Source: Candidatus Levyibacteriota bacterium (GTDB taxonomy: Bacteria; Patescibacteriota; Microgenomatia; Levybacterales; UBA12049). Taken from it: 60,582 bases of DNA. The position numbers and the translations under genes were made by a program. Within the stretch, counting starts at the first letter, position 1. Each line of letters begins with the position of its first letter. Shown piece by piece: positions 1 through 10,193 of the stretch. The notes under the pieces were generated by a model. The model was not told the origin of the DNA, ran no database searches, and saw nothing but the letters and a program-made list of their open reading frames with translations. The DNA lies in assembly GCA_029260905.1 (NCBI GenBank), contig JAJDCH010000006.1, forward strand, positions 1 through 60,582. The letters run 5' to 3'.

Positions 1-146
1 ACCAATAAGAATCTTTACTGGTTATAAAACCTTTAACTTCTCTTGTATTTGCTCCCAGAAAAGGAAAAATCATAATCAATAATCCACTCAAAAAAATAAG
101 CGCAATTATCTGAAATTTTAACTTCGATGTGATAAAATTAAAATCC

Positions 147-1268
147 ATGAATCTCAAAAAGAAAAACGTTTTTTTGTTTACAGGAGCTGGTTTTTTATTG
201 ATTCTTTCTTTCTTTGCTTTCATAAAAACAGATACTCAAAAAGTTAGCATAAATAATAACACAAATAGCCTTGTAAAGACAGAACCAACAGCCACCAATA
301 CGCCAAACGCAAAACTTTTGCTACAAAAGCCAGAAGAACAAAAAATACTACCTACTAACTATCATGTTTTTCAATCCTTCAATAACTGCGGTCCAGCATC
401 TCTTTCAATGGCGCTCAGGTTTTATGGAATTGAAAAATCTCAAACAGAGCTGGGTCAATCTCTCAGACCATATCAAGTAGCAGGCGGTGATAATGACGAC
501 AAATCAGTCACCCTTGAAGAGTTAGCTGAGAAATCAAAAGAATTTGGATTTATCCCCTATCACAGACCAAATGGAGATATAGAAAAGGTAAAACTTTTTA
601 TAACATATGATATGCCTGTTATAACACGCACCTGGCTAAAACCAGATGATGATATCGGACATTATCGTGTCATCAAGGGCTACGACGAAACAACTGGAGA
701 ATTTATTCAGGATGATTCATTGCAAAACAAAAATCTGCGCTATACATATGCGCAGTTCAATGAAATCTGGGGAAAATTTAATTATGAATACTTGATACTT
801 GTTCCTGAGGACAAAAAAGAAATAGCTGATGCTATTCTTGGCGATGATACCAACTTTGAATCAGCTTGGCAAAATGCAGTGAAAAATGCAGAAAAAGAAC
901 TGCAGTCAAATCCGAACAACATTACAGCCAGATTTAATCTCTCAGTTGCCTACTATAATACAGGTGAATATCAAAAATCTGTTGACGAATTTGAAAAAAT
1001 AGAAAACCAATTAACTTTTCGCGCTCTTTGGTATCAGATCGAGCCGATTGAGGCTTATTATGAACTGGGAAATTATGACAGGGTCTTTGAGATAACTGAT
1101 AAAATTCTCAATAACCAAAACCGCGCCTTTTCAGAGCTGTATGTAATAAGGGGAAATATTTACAAACAAAAAGGACAACTGGATTTGGCAAAATCAGAAT
1201 ACGAAAAAGCTGTTCTCTACAATCAAAACCTCCAATCAGCAAAAGACGCCCTTGAATCCATTTATTGA
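147..1268 (+). CDS. C39-like cysteine peptidase with C-terminal TPR repeats, N-terminal membrane anchor
   Basis: QSFNNCGPASL (Cys), GHYRVIKGYD (His) and QDDS (Asp) motifs; helical TPR-like C-terminus. Start moved to ATG 147, which follows a TG-TAAAAT -10 box. Confidence 0.8.
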   Translation: MNLKKKNVFLFTGAGFLLILSFFAFIKTDTQKVSINNNTNSLVKTEPTATNTPNAKLLLQKPEEQKILPTNYHVFQSFNNCGPASLSMALRFYGIEKSQTELGQSLRPYQVAGGDNDDKSVTLEELAEKSKEFGFIPYHRPNGDIEKVKLFITYDMPVITRTWLKPDDDIGHYRVIKGYDETTGEFIQDDSLQNKNLRYTYAQFNEIWGKFNYEYLILVPEDKKEIADAILGDDTNFESAWQNAVKNAEKELQSNPNNITARFNLSVAYYNTGEYQKSVDEFEKIENQLTFRALWYQIEPIEAYYELGNYDRVFEITDKILNNQNRAFSELYVIRGNIYKQKGQLDLAKSEYEKAVLYNQNLQSAKDALESIY

Positions 1269-1286
1269 CATTTCTGTCCTTCTTCT

Positions 1287-1706
1287 CTACATCAACCCCA
1301 AAACTATTCCCATGGCTACCAGGGAAACAAGTTGATATCCGGTGTTAATGAAAAATAATTTTCCTGATCTGCCACCAAATATAACATCAGTCATTTGAAC
1401 TGGCGCTACAAAACCAAGCCACATCCAAAAAGCTGTTGTAAGACCTGTTTGAAGTCTTGGCAAACCAAAATAATTTTCAGAAAACACCATCACGTGTGTG
1501 AGTACATATGCCATGACTATCGCGCCGACAAATGATAAGGCATACATCGGTCCCATTTTTTTCTGAGCTTTCTTAATTGACTCAGGAGTATAACCCATCT
1601 CTTTCATCCATGGGTTGCCCAAAAATCCTGGCATATACCAAACAAACCCGATTATCATACTAACAACTGCTGCGATAATAACTGCAATAAAATTAACATC
1701 TATCAT
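1287..1706 (-). CDS. DUF1761-like four-TM membrane protein
   Basis: Four hydrophobic segments; IGFVWY...FLGNPWMKEMG and W(M/L)WLGFVAP motifs; strong SD (GGGGAGGTGA) upstream. Confidence 0.75.
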   Translation of the reverse strand: MIDVNFIAVIIAAVVSMIIGFVWYMPGFLGNPWMKEMGYTPESIKKAQKKMGPMYALSFVGAIVMAYVLTHVMVFSENYFGLPRLQTGLTTAFWMWLGFVAPVQMTDVIFGGRSGKLFFINTGYQLVSLVAMGIVLGLM

Positions 1707-1793
1707 ATTCTAATCACCTCCCCTCGTTGAATAACTCTTTTAAGAGTATCAATTAAATAATAGAACAAATATCTCAATCTTTGCAATACATAT

Positions 1794-4442
1794 TTAGTGC
1801 ACATGATGAAGAAAAAATTGATTTTTATTATTGTAAGCCTTGAAAATATCGAAAAATCCTGTTACTACAAAAACCGCGCCAAATGCCAAAAGCCAACTCT
1901 CAATCCCAAGAGGCACTGTTTCAAAAACTTTATTAAGAGGTGTGTAGATAATTAGAATTGATGCTAGAACCGAAGTCAAGCTTGCAAAGACTAAATACTT
2001 ATTGACAAAGATGCTACTCCCAAATACCTGATGACGGAAAGAGCGGAATGTATAAGCATTGGCAATCTGCACCAAAATCATACTCAGGAGAACTGTTGTT
2101 CTGGCTGTTTCAGGTGGGAATTTGATTATATTAAAGGAAAGATATGCAACCACAAAGGCTACAATTCCCATAATTGAGCCGTTCAAAATAATAATATTTA
2201 TAAATTCATTAGTCAAAATTTTGGCATTTTTTCTCGGCCTTTCTTTCATAATGTCTTTTGAAGAAGGATTAAATCCAAGAGTGAGCGCAGGGATATTATC
2301 AGTCACAATATTCATAAATAAAATCTGGAGCGCTGTAACAACTGGTGTGTACCAGCCAAGAAAAGGCGCAACAAGCATACCCATAAAAATAATATAAATA
2401 TCAGAAAAATTACACGCCAGCTGATAAGTCACGAACTTACGGATATTGTTAAAAATAGTTCTTCCCTCTTTAATGGCAAGAACAATTGTCGCGAAGTTAT
2501 CGTCTTTTAATGTAATATCCGCAACTGAACGAGATACATCAGTACCATTTATTCCCATAGCTACACCTATGTGTGCCTCCTTGAGAGCTGGCGCGTCATT
2601 TACACCGTCTCCTGTCATAGTCACTATCTCATCATTTTCTTTTAATGCCTTTATAATCCTGAGCTTGTCTTCTGGCTTAACGCGCGCAAAAACTCCTATT
2701 TCATTAACAATTTTTGAAAGCTCCGAATCCGTCATTTCGTCAAGCTCATAACCTGTAACTGTTTTTCCAACAATACCAATTTGACGGGCAATTGCCTCAG
2801 CTGTTTCCTTATTATCTCCTGTTATCATCTTGACCTTTATCCCACTTGCCCTACAAAGCTCAATCGCCTCTGCCACTTCTTCGCGTGGACTGTCCTCCAT
2901 GCCAGCAATTCCAAGAAATGTTAGATCGTCTTCTGTGTAAGATTTGCTTTTATTTTCTTTATAGGCAAAACTCAATGTCCGAAGCGCTTTTGCTGAAAAT
3001 TTCTGATTTGCTGCCACTTGTTCTTTTCTTTTCTTATCAGTAAGTTTCTCGCGTTTACCATTAATAAGAATATGCGTACATTTTGGAAGAACGACTTCAA
3101 TTGCGCCTTTCACATAAAGTAGATTGGTATCTTTTTCTGGATAAAGAACTGACATCATTTTACGCTTGGAATCAAATGGTATCTCCTCAATACGTGACTT
3201 GAGGTAATTTTCCCTGAAAATATCAAGCTTTGCTGCAAGAACCAAAAGAGCGCCCTCAGTTGATGAGCCTATCACTTTATATTCTCCATCCTCTCCTTCT
3301 CTTTCGATATTTGAATCATTACAAATAACTGCTGTTTTTAAAATCATACTCAGGGCATTCTCCCATGCAAGAGAAATCTTTTTTCCATTTCCTGTTATAT
3401 TTCCCTGGATGTCATAACCAACGCCTGAAACGTGATAAGTCTTTCCATCTGCAAAAAGCGTCTCGACTGTCATCTCGCCTTTTGTCAAAGTACCAGTCTT
3501 GTCAGAGCAAATTACTGATGTCTCACCAAGAGTTTCAATAATTGACATCCTATTCACAACAGCATTTTGCTTTGACATGCGGCTCACGCCTGCTGCAAGG
3601 GTGGTTGTCAGAACAACCGGAAATCCTTCAGGAAATGAAGAAACAGCAAGCGCTATGATAATAATAAAAATCCCAACCAGCACATCAGGAGTAATTGCAT
3701 CAGCGCGAAGAAACAAAATAACACCAGTCAAAACTGCGGCAGTCATACTCACTACCACCATATATTTGGAAATGTTATTTATCTTATCCTGAAGTGGCAG
3801 ATGTTTTTCCGCGCCAGATATCATTCCTGCTATTTCTCCAAATTTGGTATTCATCCCTGTATGGAGAACTCTTGCAAAAGCCCGTCCGCTGACCACATAT
3901 GATCCCATAAACAGTAAATTTTCATCCAATAGTTCTTTTTCAAGATCAGTTGCCCTAATCTTTCTGATATCAGAAGACTCCCCTGTGAGAATTGACTCAT
4001 TTACACTTAGACTTGATTCTCTTACCACCACACAATCTGCTGGTATTTTATCACCCGTTCTCAGGACCACTATGTCCCCTGGAACAATCTCGCTTGATGG
4101 AATCTCTTTTTCGCGTCCATCTCTTATCACGCGTGAGACAGGCATAATCAATTTTTTCAAAGCGCTAATTGCCTTCTCCGCCTTATATTCCTGGATAAAC
4201 CCTGTAATCACAACAAGAGCAATAACGATCAATACCACCCAGCCAGTAAAACCTTTATCGATAGCAAAGGATGCAATCGCAGTAAGCGCAAGCAAATAAA
4301 CAACAAAGTTTTTTTTCACTTGCCTGAAGAGGATCTGAAGAGGCGAAACTTTATTCTTCTCCTTGATTTCATTTAGACCAAACTCTTTTAATTTTTCTTT
4401 GGCTTGTATGACTGTCAGTCCATCAAGTATATTTTTGGGCAT
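1794..4442 (-). CDS. Cation-transporting P-type ATPase (type IIA, Ca2+-like)
   Basis: DKTGTLT phosphorylation site, TGES, PEGFP, KGA, TGDGVNDAPAL motifs. Start placed at MPKN (4442) behind a TATCAT -10. Confidence 0.95.
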   Translation of the reverse strand: MPKNILDGLTVIQAKEKLKEFGLNEIKEKNKVSPLQILFRQVKKNFVVYLLALTAIASFAIDKGFTGWVVLIVIALVVITGFIQEYKAEKAISALKKLIMPVSRVIRDGREKEIPSSEIVPGDIVVLRTGDKIPADCVVVRESSLSVNESILTGESSDIRKIRATDLEKELLDENLLFMGSYVVSGRAFARVLHTGMNTKFGEIAGMISGAEKHLPLQDKINNISKYMVVVSMTAAVLTGVILFLRADAITPDVLVGIFIIIIALAVSSFPEGFPVVLTTTLAAGVSRMSKQNAVVNRMSIIETLGETSVICSDKTGTLTKGEMTVETLFADGKTYHVSGVGYDIQGNITGNGKKISLAWENALSMILKTAVICNDSNIEREGEDGEYKVIGSSTEGALLVLAAKLDIFRENYLKSRIEEIPFDSKRKMMSVLYPEKDTNLLYVKGAIEVVLPKCTHILINGKREKLTDKKRKEQVAANQKFSAKALRTLSFAYKENKSKSYTEDDLTFLGIAGMEDSPREEVAEAIELCRASGIKVKMITGDNKETAEAIARQIGIVGKTVTGYELDEMTDSELSKIVNEIGVFARVKPEDKLRIIKALKENDEIVTMTGDGVNDAPALKEAHIGVAMGINGTDVSRSVADITLKDDNFATIVLAIKEGRTIFNNIRKFVTYQLACNFSDIYIIFMGMLVAPFLGWYTPVVTALQILFMNIVTDNIPALTLGFNPSSKDIMKERPRKNAKILTNEFINIIILNGSIMGIVAFVVAYLSFNIIKFPPETARTTVLLSMILVQIANAYTFRSFRHQVFGSSIFVNKYLVFASLTSVLASILIIYTPLNKVFETVPLGIESWLLAFGAVFVVTGFFDIFKAYNNKNQFFLHHVH

Positions 4443-4500
4443 TGAATCTATGATAACAAATTTGAGGGCAAACAGTCTAGGCTTATGATAAAATAAAATC

Positions 4501-4644
4501 ATGTCAGAAGAAACAACCAAAACAGGTCAAGACCTGAGAGATGCAATAGTAGATAAATTCAACACTCCTGAAAAAACCTTTAAAGGTGGTTACTCTATCA
4601 GTCAGCAAATTGCTTATCGGCAAACCAGAGTACAAATTATTTAA
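4501..4644 (+). CDS. Unannotated 47-aa small ORF (MSEETTKTGQDLRDAIVDKFNTPEKTFKGGYSISQQIAYRQTRVQII)
   Basis: Read directly from sequence; extended -10 TG-A-TAAAAT lies 6 nt before the ATG; divergent from the ATPase. Confidence 0.5.
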   Translation: MSEETTKTGQDLRDAIVDKFNTPEKTFKGGYSISQQIAYRQTRVQII

Positions 4645-4900
4645 AAATCTGACTCAGTATTCGATAAATATCTTTTCTATGACCAATGAGCACTATAAAG
4701 ATCTCATTTACCCGCTCGCGGTAAATGATCCTGTAATCACCCACTCGTACCCTATAAATATCTTTATATCCTGAAAGCTTTTCTTTTTTCAATTTCTCAT
4801 CAACAGGGAAAGATCTTATCTTTTTGACAATTGCGATTTGGTGAATTTTGGAAATTTTCTTGAGTGTTTTTTCCGCACGGGGTGAAATTTTCAGCTTCAT
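4637..4900 (-). CDS. relE: RelE/ParE-family toxin
   Basis: 87 aa, basic; KLSGYKDIYRVRVGDYRIIY motif; 4-nt overlap with the upstream antitoxin. Confidence 0.9.
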   Translation of the reverse strand: MKLKISPRAEKTLKKISKIHQIAIVKKIRSFPVDEKLKKEKLSGYKDIYRVRVGDYRIIYRERVNEIFIVLIGHRKDIYRILSQIFK

Positions 4901-5136
4901 AGATTAAGCTCTTTAGCTACATCTTCAAAATCATGACCTTTACTAAAATTTGTATCCTTAATATCCTTGCGGTCTATAAAATCCTCTATATATGAAACAA
5001 GCTTTTCATAAAGCTCACTGCCCACCAAGTATGCCTCGATTTTATTTCTATTCTCAACAGCCAAGGGAAAATCTGCTGCTTCCCTTATAGCTTTTGCAGG
5101 GTTTGTCTTCAATTGTGAAATAGACACTGAACTCAT
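4897..5136 (-). CDS. Phd/YefM-family antitoxin
   Basis: VSISQLKTNPAKAI...PLAVENRNKIEAYLV Phd-like N-terminus; acidic C-terminus; upstream of toxin. Confidence 0.85.
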   Translation of the reverse strand: MSSVSISQLKTNPAKAIREAADFPLAVENRNKIEAYLVGSELYEKLVSYIEDFIDRKDIKDTNFSKGHDFEDVAKELNL

Positions 5137-5145
5137 AGCAAAAAC

Positions 5146-5192
5146 ATAATACCAATCTATTGGTCTTTTGTCAAGACCTGTTAAAAGGTCTT
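5146..5192 (-). promoter_or_regulatory. TA operon promoter with palindromic operators
   Basis: Minus strand TTGACA-N17-TATTAT; overlapping palindromes ACCAAT-CT-ATTGGT (5151-5164) and AAGACCT-N6-AGGTCTT (5173-5192), as expected for TA autoregulation. Confidence 0.65.
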
Positions 5193-5307
5193 TCTAATGT
5201 ACTATTTCGCCGATCAAGCTTAAGCGTATGAAAAAATAAAAAAGTGATGAAATAAATTCTAGATCTTATTCTTTGTATAAAAACCGCCTAAGTTCTATAA
5301 TTAAATT

Positions 5308-5898
5308 ATGTACACGTGTCCCATGCACCCTGAAATAAAAAGCAGCAAATCAGGAACCTGTCCCAAATGCAACATGATGCTTGTGACAGTCAAAGACCTC
5401 AAAATAGAAAAAGAAGAAAACTCATTCACTCCTTTTTTTATTATTATTGGCTTGATACTTATCACATCACTTGCTATATCTTTTAAAGATTTTCAAGTAT
5501 CCAATTTTGTCTTAAATAGCTTCTTGTCAAATTTCATGGCCGGTTTTTTCATCGTCTTTGCTGGATTTAAACTGCTTGACCTAAAAGGCTTTGCAGATGG
5601 CTACTTCACTTACGATTTACTTGCAAAAAGATGGTATACATATGGATACATCTATCCATTTATCGAGCTTTTCTTTGGGCTTTCTATGATTCTTAATTTT
5701 ATGACTCGCGAAGTACTGATCGCTGAGATAATCGTCATGACTTTTAGTGGATTTGGAGTTTTGATAAAGCTTTTGAAAAAAGAAAAATTCAGCTGCGCGT
5801 GTCTTGGCACCTTTTTCAAACTTCCCCTCACCAAAGTAACTTTGATTGAGGACTTCGGCATGGCCGTCCTCGCCCTTGTTTTATTGTTTAATATATAA
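5308..5898 (+). CDS. Heavy-metal-binding (CPMHP) domain fused to MauE/DoxX-like membrane domain
   Basis: MYTCPMHPEI...GTCPKCNMML; GFADGYFTYDLLA, YPFIEL and CACLG motifs. Confidence 0.8.
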   Translation: MYTCPMHPEIKSSKSGTCPKCNMMLVTVKDLKIEKEENSFTPFFIIIGLILITSLAISFKDFQVSNFVLNSFLSNFMAGFFIVFAGFKLLDLKGFADGYFTYDLLAKRWYTYGYIYPFIELFFGLSMILNFMTREVLIAEIIVMTFSGFGVLIKLLKKEKFSCACLGTFFKLPLTKVTLIEDFGMAVLALVLLFNI

Positions 5899-5901
5899 TC
5901 A

Positions 5902-6771
5902 TTAGTTGCAAATACTTTCACAGGGTACGCCGTCATGATCCGCATCAAGCCTATCCAAACCGCAGGAATTAAGATAAAATTTGGCTTCCTCACAACCACT
6001 CATATCACCACAATACTTCTTACTTCCACAGGAAGAATTATTTGAATTTTGGGACGAGCTGGTTTGGGAACTTGAATTTTTTAAAACAGGTTCTGACACA
6101 TCTCCCGAACATGCGCCATCTGCCCAGAGACCTTTTTTATTTTTTTCAGCCTCAATTTGTGCCGATCTAAACTCTTCCTGATATTTATACTTGTTATCAT
6201 AAGTATATTCATAAGCAAAACCCTCCCTTATCATAAGCTTATTAAAACTTGTCCCATCAGCCAAAAATATATAACTAAGTCTTCTGTTGTATTTATCATA
6301 AGTTCCCTGACTCGGATCAAATTCCAGATAAACTATTTTCCCATCCAAAATTTCTTTTGCTTTATTTGATGCTTCACGTCCAAAACATTCAACTGGCTTT
6401 CTGGGATCAACTGTTTCGGGAGTATTTATCCCTATCAGTCTTAAAGTCTGAGTCTGTCCGTTTAACAAAACCTGCACAGTATCGCCATCTATTACTTTTA
6501 CAACTTTTACTTCTTGCCCTAATTGTTTAAGATTAGTCTTTTCTTCTGTTTTTTCTGACAAAACTTTTTTCCTTTCAAGCTCATCAGATTCTACCTCATC
6601 CTCAAGTAATATATAATTTGTAGGCGTTATTTCTGCGTAGTCACTATCTCCTTGTAAACGTGTAGAAACATTATCTTTTGTTAACAAATTTCCAACGATT
6701 ATTAGAAAAATTGAAACAGCAAAAAATATTAATTTATTTTTTCCTGAAAGCCTTTTGAAAAAAGTAATCAT
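5902..6771 (-). CDS. Thermonuclease (SNase-like) with C-terminal Excalibur Ca-binding domain
   Basis: VIDGDT, RLIGINTPE, DKYNRRL, KGLW; C-terminal KYCGDM-SGCEEA...LDADHDGVPCESIC. Confidence 0.9.
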   Translation of the reverse strand: MITFFKRLSGKNKLIFFAVSIFLIIVGNLLTKDNVSTRLQGDSDYAEITPTNYILLEDEVESDELERKKVLSEKTEEKTNLKQLGQEVKVVKVIDGDTVQVLLNGQTQTLRLIGINTPETVDPRKPVECFGREASNKAKEILDGKIVYLEFDPSQGTYDKYNRRLSYIFLADGTSFNKLMIREGFAYEYTYDNKYKYQEEFRSAQIEAEKNKKGLWADGACSGDVSEPVLKNSSSQTSSSQNSNNSSCGSKKYCGDMSGCEEAKFYLNSCGLDRLDADHDGVPCESICN

Positions 6772-7745
6772 GAGCTTTGTTTTAATAAACTTGCAGTCTT
6801 ATTAATTCCTATCTGAACTAGAATTGTCGGAATCAAAACAGCTAGAGAAAACGAATAAAAGCTCCAATTAAATTTATCAAGAAAAGGCGTAAGGCCAATC
6901 AAGATAATGTAGTGGATAAAATATATCGGATAAGAATAAATACTAAAAAAACTAACTATCCAATCTATGTATTTGTTTTTAGACATTTTTTGAAATCCAA
7001 AATACAAAAGACTTATCATAAAGATCCCAAAAGATGAAAAGAAAAGATTTGGCGGATACTTATTGTTCCTAAGAAGCAGATCTCTCCCCTCACCCAAAAG
7101 AAAAATATAAAGCAAAACAAAAACAAAAAGTGATCCAAAAATACTTATATTTCTAAACCATTTTTTATTTTCATAAAGCACAAAAAGAAATGCAAAAATA
7201 GCAGTCAAAGAATAAAAAAACCACATACTCCATTTGTAATTAAGCGGGATTTTATAAAAAATAATTGCGATTGATCCAAGAAAAGCTACAAGAGAATAAA
7301 GCCAAAACAACATTTTGTTTTTATTATAAAAAATCGCTATCAAAGGAAAAACAATTGTCAGCTGGATAAATAAAAGCACTAACCAGTTGATATCCACTCC
7401 GCCTGCTACAATCAGACTTTGCCAAAGATATTTGGGACTAAGTCGTAAAGGTTCGACAAGATAAAAAACAGGCAAGAAAAACAAAAGAAAAATATAATAA
7501 GGCTTCAAAAGTCTTATGAGGCGTTTTTTAAAATAATTTAAACTAACTAATTTTAAATCCTTTGCCTTTTGGAAAAAAAGATAAGCTGAGCAAAAAATAA
7601 AAACAGGTACAGAAAACTGTGCCCAGTTCCAGATAAACGCGGCAATTTTACTTGATCCTATAAAATAATAAGTGGTGTGAATAAGGATGATAGCAATCAT
7701 CGAGAAGCCTTTTAAAAGATCTATTTCCTGATATCTTTTCTTCAT
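6768..7745 (-). CDS. Acyltransferase family 3 (OafA-like) membrane protein
   Basis: IDLLKGFSMIAIILIH, VPVFIFCS, KRLIRLLKPY and SYPIYFIH motifs; about 10 TM segments. Confidence 0.85.
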   Translation of the reverse strand: MKKRYQEIDLLKGFSMIAIILIHTTYYFIGSSKIAAFIWNWAQFSVPVFIFCSAYLFFQKAKDLKLVSLNYFKKRLIRLLKPYYIFLLFFLPVFYLVEPLRLSPKYLWQSLIVAGGVDINWLVLLFIQLTIVFPLIAIFYNKNKMLFWLYSLVAFLGSIAIIFYKIPLNYKWSMWFFYSLTAIFAFLFVLYENKKWFRNISIFGSLFVFVLLYIFLLGEGRDLLLRNNKYPPNLFFSSFGIFMISLLYFGFQKMSKNKYIDWIVSFFSIYSYPIYFIHYIILIGLTPFLDKFNWSFYSFSLAVLIPTILVQIGINKTASLLKQSS

Positions 7746-8644
7746 GCAGATTTGAATTGATTACTCAGATATTCTTCCCTGCATTCTTTTTTACAAAAAG
7801 CTAATTGCAAATCTTGATCCAGACAATCCATGCAGCTTATATAATGGTAGTGACAGATGTCGTATTCACAATTCACATAATTATCTGATGAAGCTCCGCA
7901 ATGATAGCACTTGCCGACAATCTCGTGCTCCTTTGAATCCGTATTAAATCCAAGCGTCAACCGATTATCAAATACATACAATTTGCCCAAAAAATGCTGA
8001 TTTGGGTATTTTTCCATATATGTCTGGATGCCGTCCTTGAGTTGATAAACATCACGAAACCCGTTCTCCACCAAAAATCCTGACGCCTTCTCACATCTGA
8101 TTCCTCCTGTACAAACAGTCACTATTGTTTTATCTTTCAAATGCGCCAAACGTGGAAGAACATCTGGCAAATCGTAAAAATTATGGATTCCAGACGGGAT
8201 GAAATTTTCAAAATAACCAGATTCATACTCATAATCATTTCGCATATCAACTATGTAAAATTCTTTCTTTTTTTCAAACCAGCTATGAAGTTTTTCAGCG
8301 GTTATATACTTGCCGGTTGTTGTCAGAGGATCTATCTTTATTCTGGCTGTCACCACCTCAGGCCTCGCGCGGACGATTTGTTTGGAAAATGCTTTTCCAG
8401 TTCCTGCACTTTTTTTATATGAAATGCCACGGAATTTCTTCTGCGACTCCATCCATGCCATGTACTTTTGTGTATCCTCTGTTAACCCCTCAAGCGTGCC
8501 ATTAATTCCCTCTGGAGCGACAATGATCCTCCCCTTGAGGTTCAAAACCTCGCAAGCCAAGCGCTGCGCATCTCGCACTTTTTCAGGGTTTTTGAGCCGT
8601 ACGTATTTATAAAAAAGTAGCACTTGGTGTTTTTCAGATCTCAC
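7742..8644 (-). CDS. trhO: Rhodanese-domain protein, YceA/TrhO (tRNA U34 hydroxylation) family
   Basis: LLFYKY, LKGRIIVAPEGINGT, DMRNDYE, CTGGIRCEK, YQLKDGIQTY, GKLYVFDNR. Confidence 0.85.
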   Translation of the reverse strand: MRSEKHQVLLFYKYVRLKNPEKVRDAQRLACEVLNLKGRIIVAPEGINGTLEGLTEDTQKYMAWMESQKKFRGISYKKSAGTGKAFSKQIVRARPEVVTARIKIDPLTTTGKYITAEKLHSWFEKKKEFYIVDMRNDYEYESGYFENFIPSGIHNFYDLPDVLPRLAHLKDKTIVTVCTGGIRCEKASGFLVENGFRDVYQLKDGIQTYMEKYPNQHFLGKLYVFDNRLTLGFNTDSKEHEIVGKCYHCGASSDNYVNCEYDICHYHYISCMDCLDQDLQLAFCKKECREEYLSNQFKSA

Positions 8645-8677
8645 AGACTAATTATAACAAATTTTGAGGCAATTTTA

Positions 8678-8938
8678 CTATAAAAGAACTCGCCATGCTA
8701 CAAAAACAACAATTGCCGCAAGTACAGTAACAAGTGACAAGAGGACACTAAACCTTACCAGATTTCTTATAAAAAGTGGTGTCACCTGTCCAAATCCCCG
8801 ATCACCTTTTCGCACACCATGATAAAGATAAAACCAGTTGTAGCCTGTCAAAAGCACTGCCACTCCCAGATATCCAAAAAGCAAAACTGATTTCATGGCT
8901 GTACTATTTAGCAAACTATCAATTATTTCAATATTCAT
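8678..8938 (-). CDS. Hypothetical two-TM membrane protein
   Basis: ORF coupled by 4-nt overlap to the upstream gene; two hydrophobic segments. Confidence 0.55.
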   Translation of the reverse strand: MNIEIIDSLLNSTAMKSVLLFGYLGVAVLLTGYNWFYLYHGVRKGDRGFGQVTPLFIRNLVRFSVLLSLVTVLAAIVVFVAWRVLL

Positions 8939-9537
8939 ACTGCAGGCAAAGAAGAAGCAACCCTACTTCTTACCCATATCACCTCCTCTGCTTTATCGTC
9001 CAAATCTCGATCCATAAGTTTCTGGGTTAAAAATCTTGCTAAATTATGACAGTCTCCCACATCACTAAAGACAAATTCATCTTGGTGGGTGGGTCTATCA
9101 AATGTGATTGCTACATCTCCAACCCCTATCAGTTCGTGAAAAAACCCTTTTGATACTAAATCAATCTCAGTACAGTTTATCTTGTCCAAAAGCACATCTG
9201 TTACAACGTGTGAAAAAAGTGGAGTATAGTTAACAATCATTATTTTTTTATTGGTAAGTACGTGGAGATTGAAGTACCAGCGGACGATTATTTGGGCTGC
9301 GAAACTCGCACCAATCGTTGCAAGAAGTAATGTAGAAATGGTAAAAAGTGAAATAGATTTGATGACATATGAGTACAAATAATAATTCGCCGCGATCAAG
9401 ACGGCCATCACAAAACTAAGAAATAAAAGCGGAAGTACAAGAACAAATATGTGTCTTCTTCCAACGTATAAAAGCTTCTCGTTGGTAAGAGTCAGGAAAC
9501 TCTCCCAATTCCCCTTGATCAAGCGTGAATCTTCCAT
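8935..9537 (-). CDS. Membrane protein with bacterial PH-like domain
   Basis: Two TM helices then WY...LTNKKI...GVGDVAITF pattern typical of bPH domains; SD upstream. Confidence 0.65.
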   Translation of the reverse strand: MEDSRLIKGNWESFLTLTNEKLLYVGRRHIFVLVLPLLFLSFVMAVLIAANYYLYSYVIKSISLFTISTLLLATIGASFAAQIIVRWYFNLHVLTNKKIMIVNYTPLFSHVVTDVLLDKINCTEIDLVSKGFFHELIGVGDVAITFDRPTHQDEFVFSDVGDCHNLARFLTQKLMDRDLDDKAEEVIWVRSRVASSLPAV

Positions 9538-9707
9538 TTCTACTCACCCCCTCCCTTCCATCGCCAAATGCGCGATGTAGTCGGGTGGGCTGAAAATCAT
9601 CCAAAACTCTTACTTTGCTTTTCATATTAACTGCAGTATAAACTTTATTTATAAGGAGCAGATGAGGGATACATAAGAAAAGCGTAAGAGATGAAAAGTG
9701 AGAAAAA

Positions 9708-10088
9708 TCATCCCTCTAGATACTCTTTCATCGGGTTCATGTAGTAATCAACCCATCCTTTTTCAATCTCATCCAATTCATTATCAGGCACATCTATTTG
9801 AGAAAGATCCACCTTTGTACCAGAACCCTTTTTACTAAATGTGAAAGTAACAACTGATGGCTTATCCCATTTGCCACCAAACCATTCCTGAACCAATCTC
9901 TTCTGAGGTATAACTTCAATATTTTTTCCCCAAATATCTCCACCCCAAAGCTCAAATTCAAAACCATTCTCATCACTTATTTTCGCAGGCCCACCGCCCC
10001 AGCTGTTTATTTCTTTTGAATCAACAAATGCTTTCCAGACATCCACAACTGGCGCATCAATTACATAAGTTTGTTTTAGTTTTTTCAT
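9708..10088 (-). CDS. SRPBCC/AHA1-like domain protein
   Basis: IDAPVVDVWKAF, WGG, LVQEW, GWVDYY motifs. Confidence 0.85.
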   Translation of the reverse strand: MKKLKQTYVIDAPVVDVWKAFVDSKEINSWGGGPAKISDENGFEFELWGGDIWGKNIEVIPQKRLVQEWFGGKWDKPSVVTFTFSKKGSGTKVDLSQIDVPDNELDEIEKGWVDYYMNPMKEYLEG

Positions 10089-10193
10089 ATCTCACGACGT
10101 GGAACAAACAGTCTAGAACAAAACAAAAGATAAGACAATACCTTTTGTCCGTTGTCATTCTGATTTTTGTCTGTTAAACTAAAAAAGTTGCCC

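Noticed and set aside
2059-4299. Several 65-150 aa plus-strand ORFs inside the ATPase (and similar antisense ORFs elsewhere)
   Set aside because: Fully antisense to well-supported genes, with no motifs or promoters of their own.
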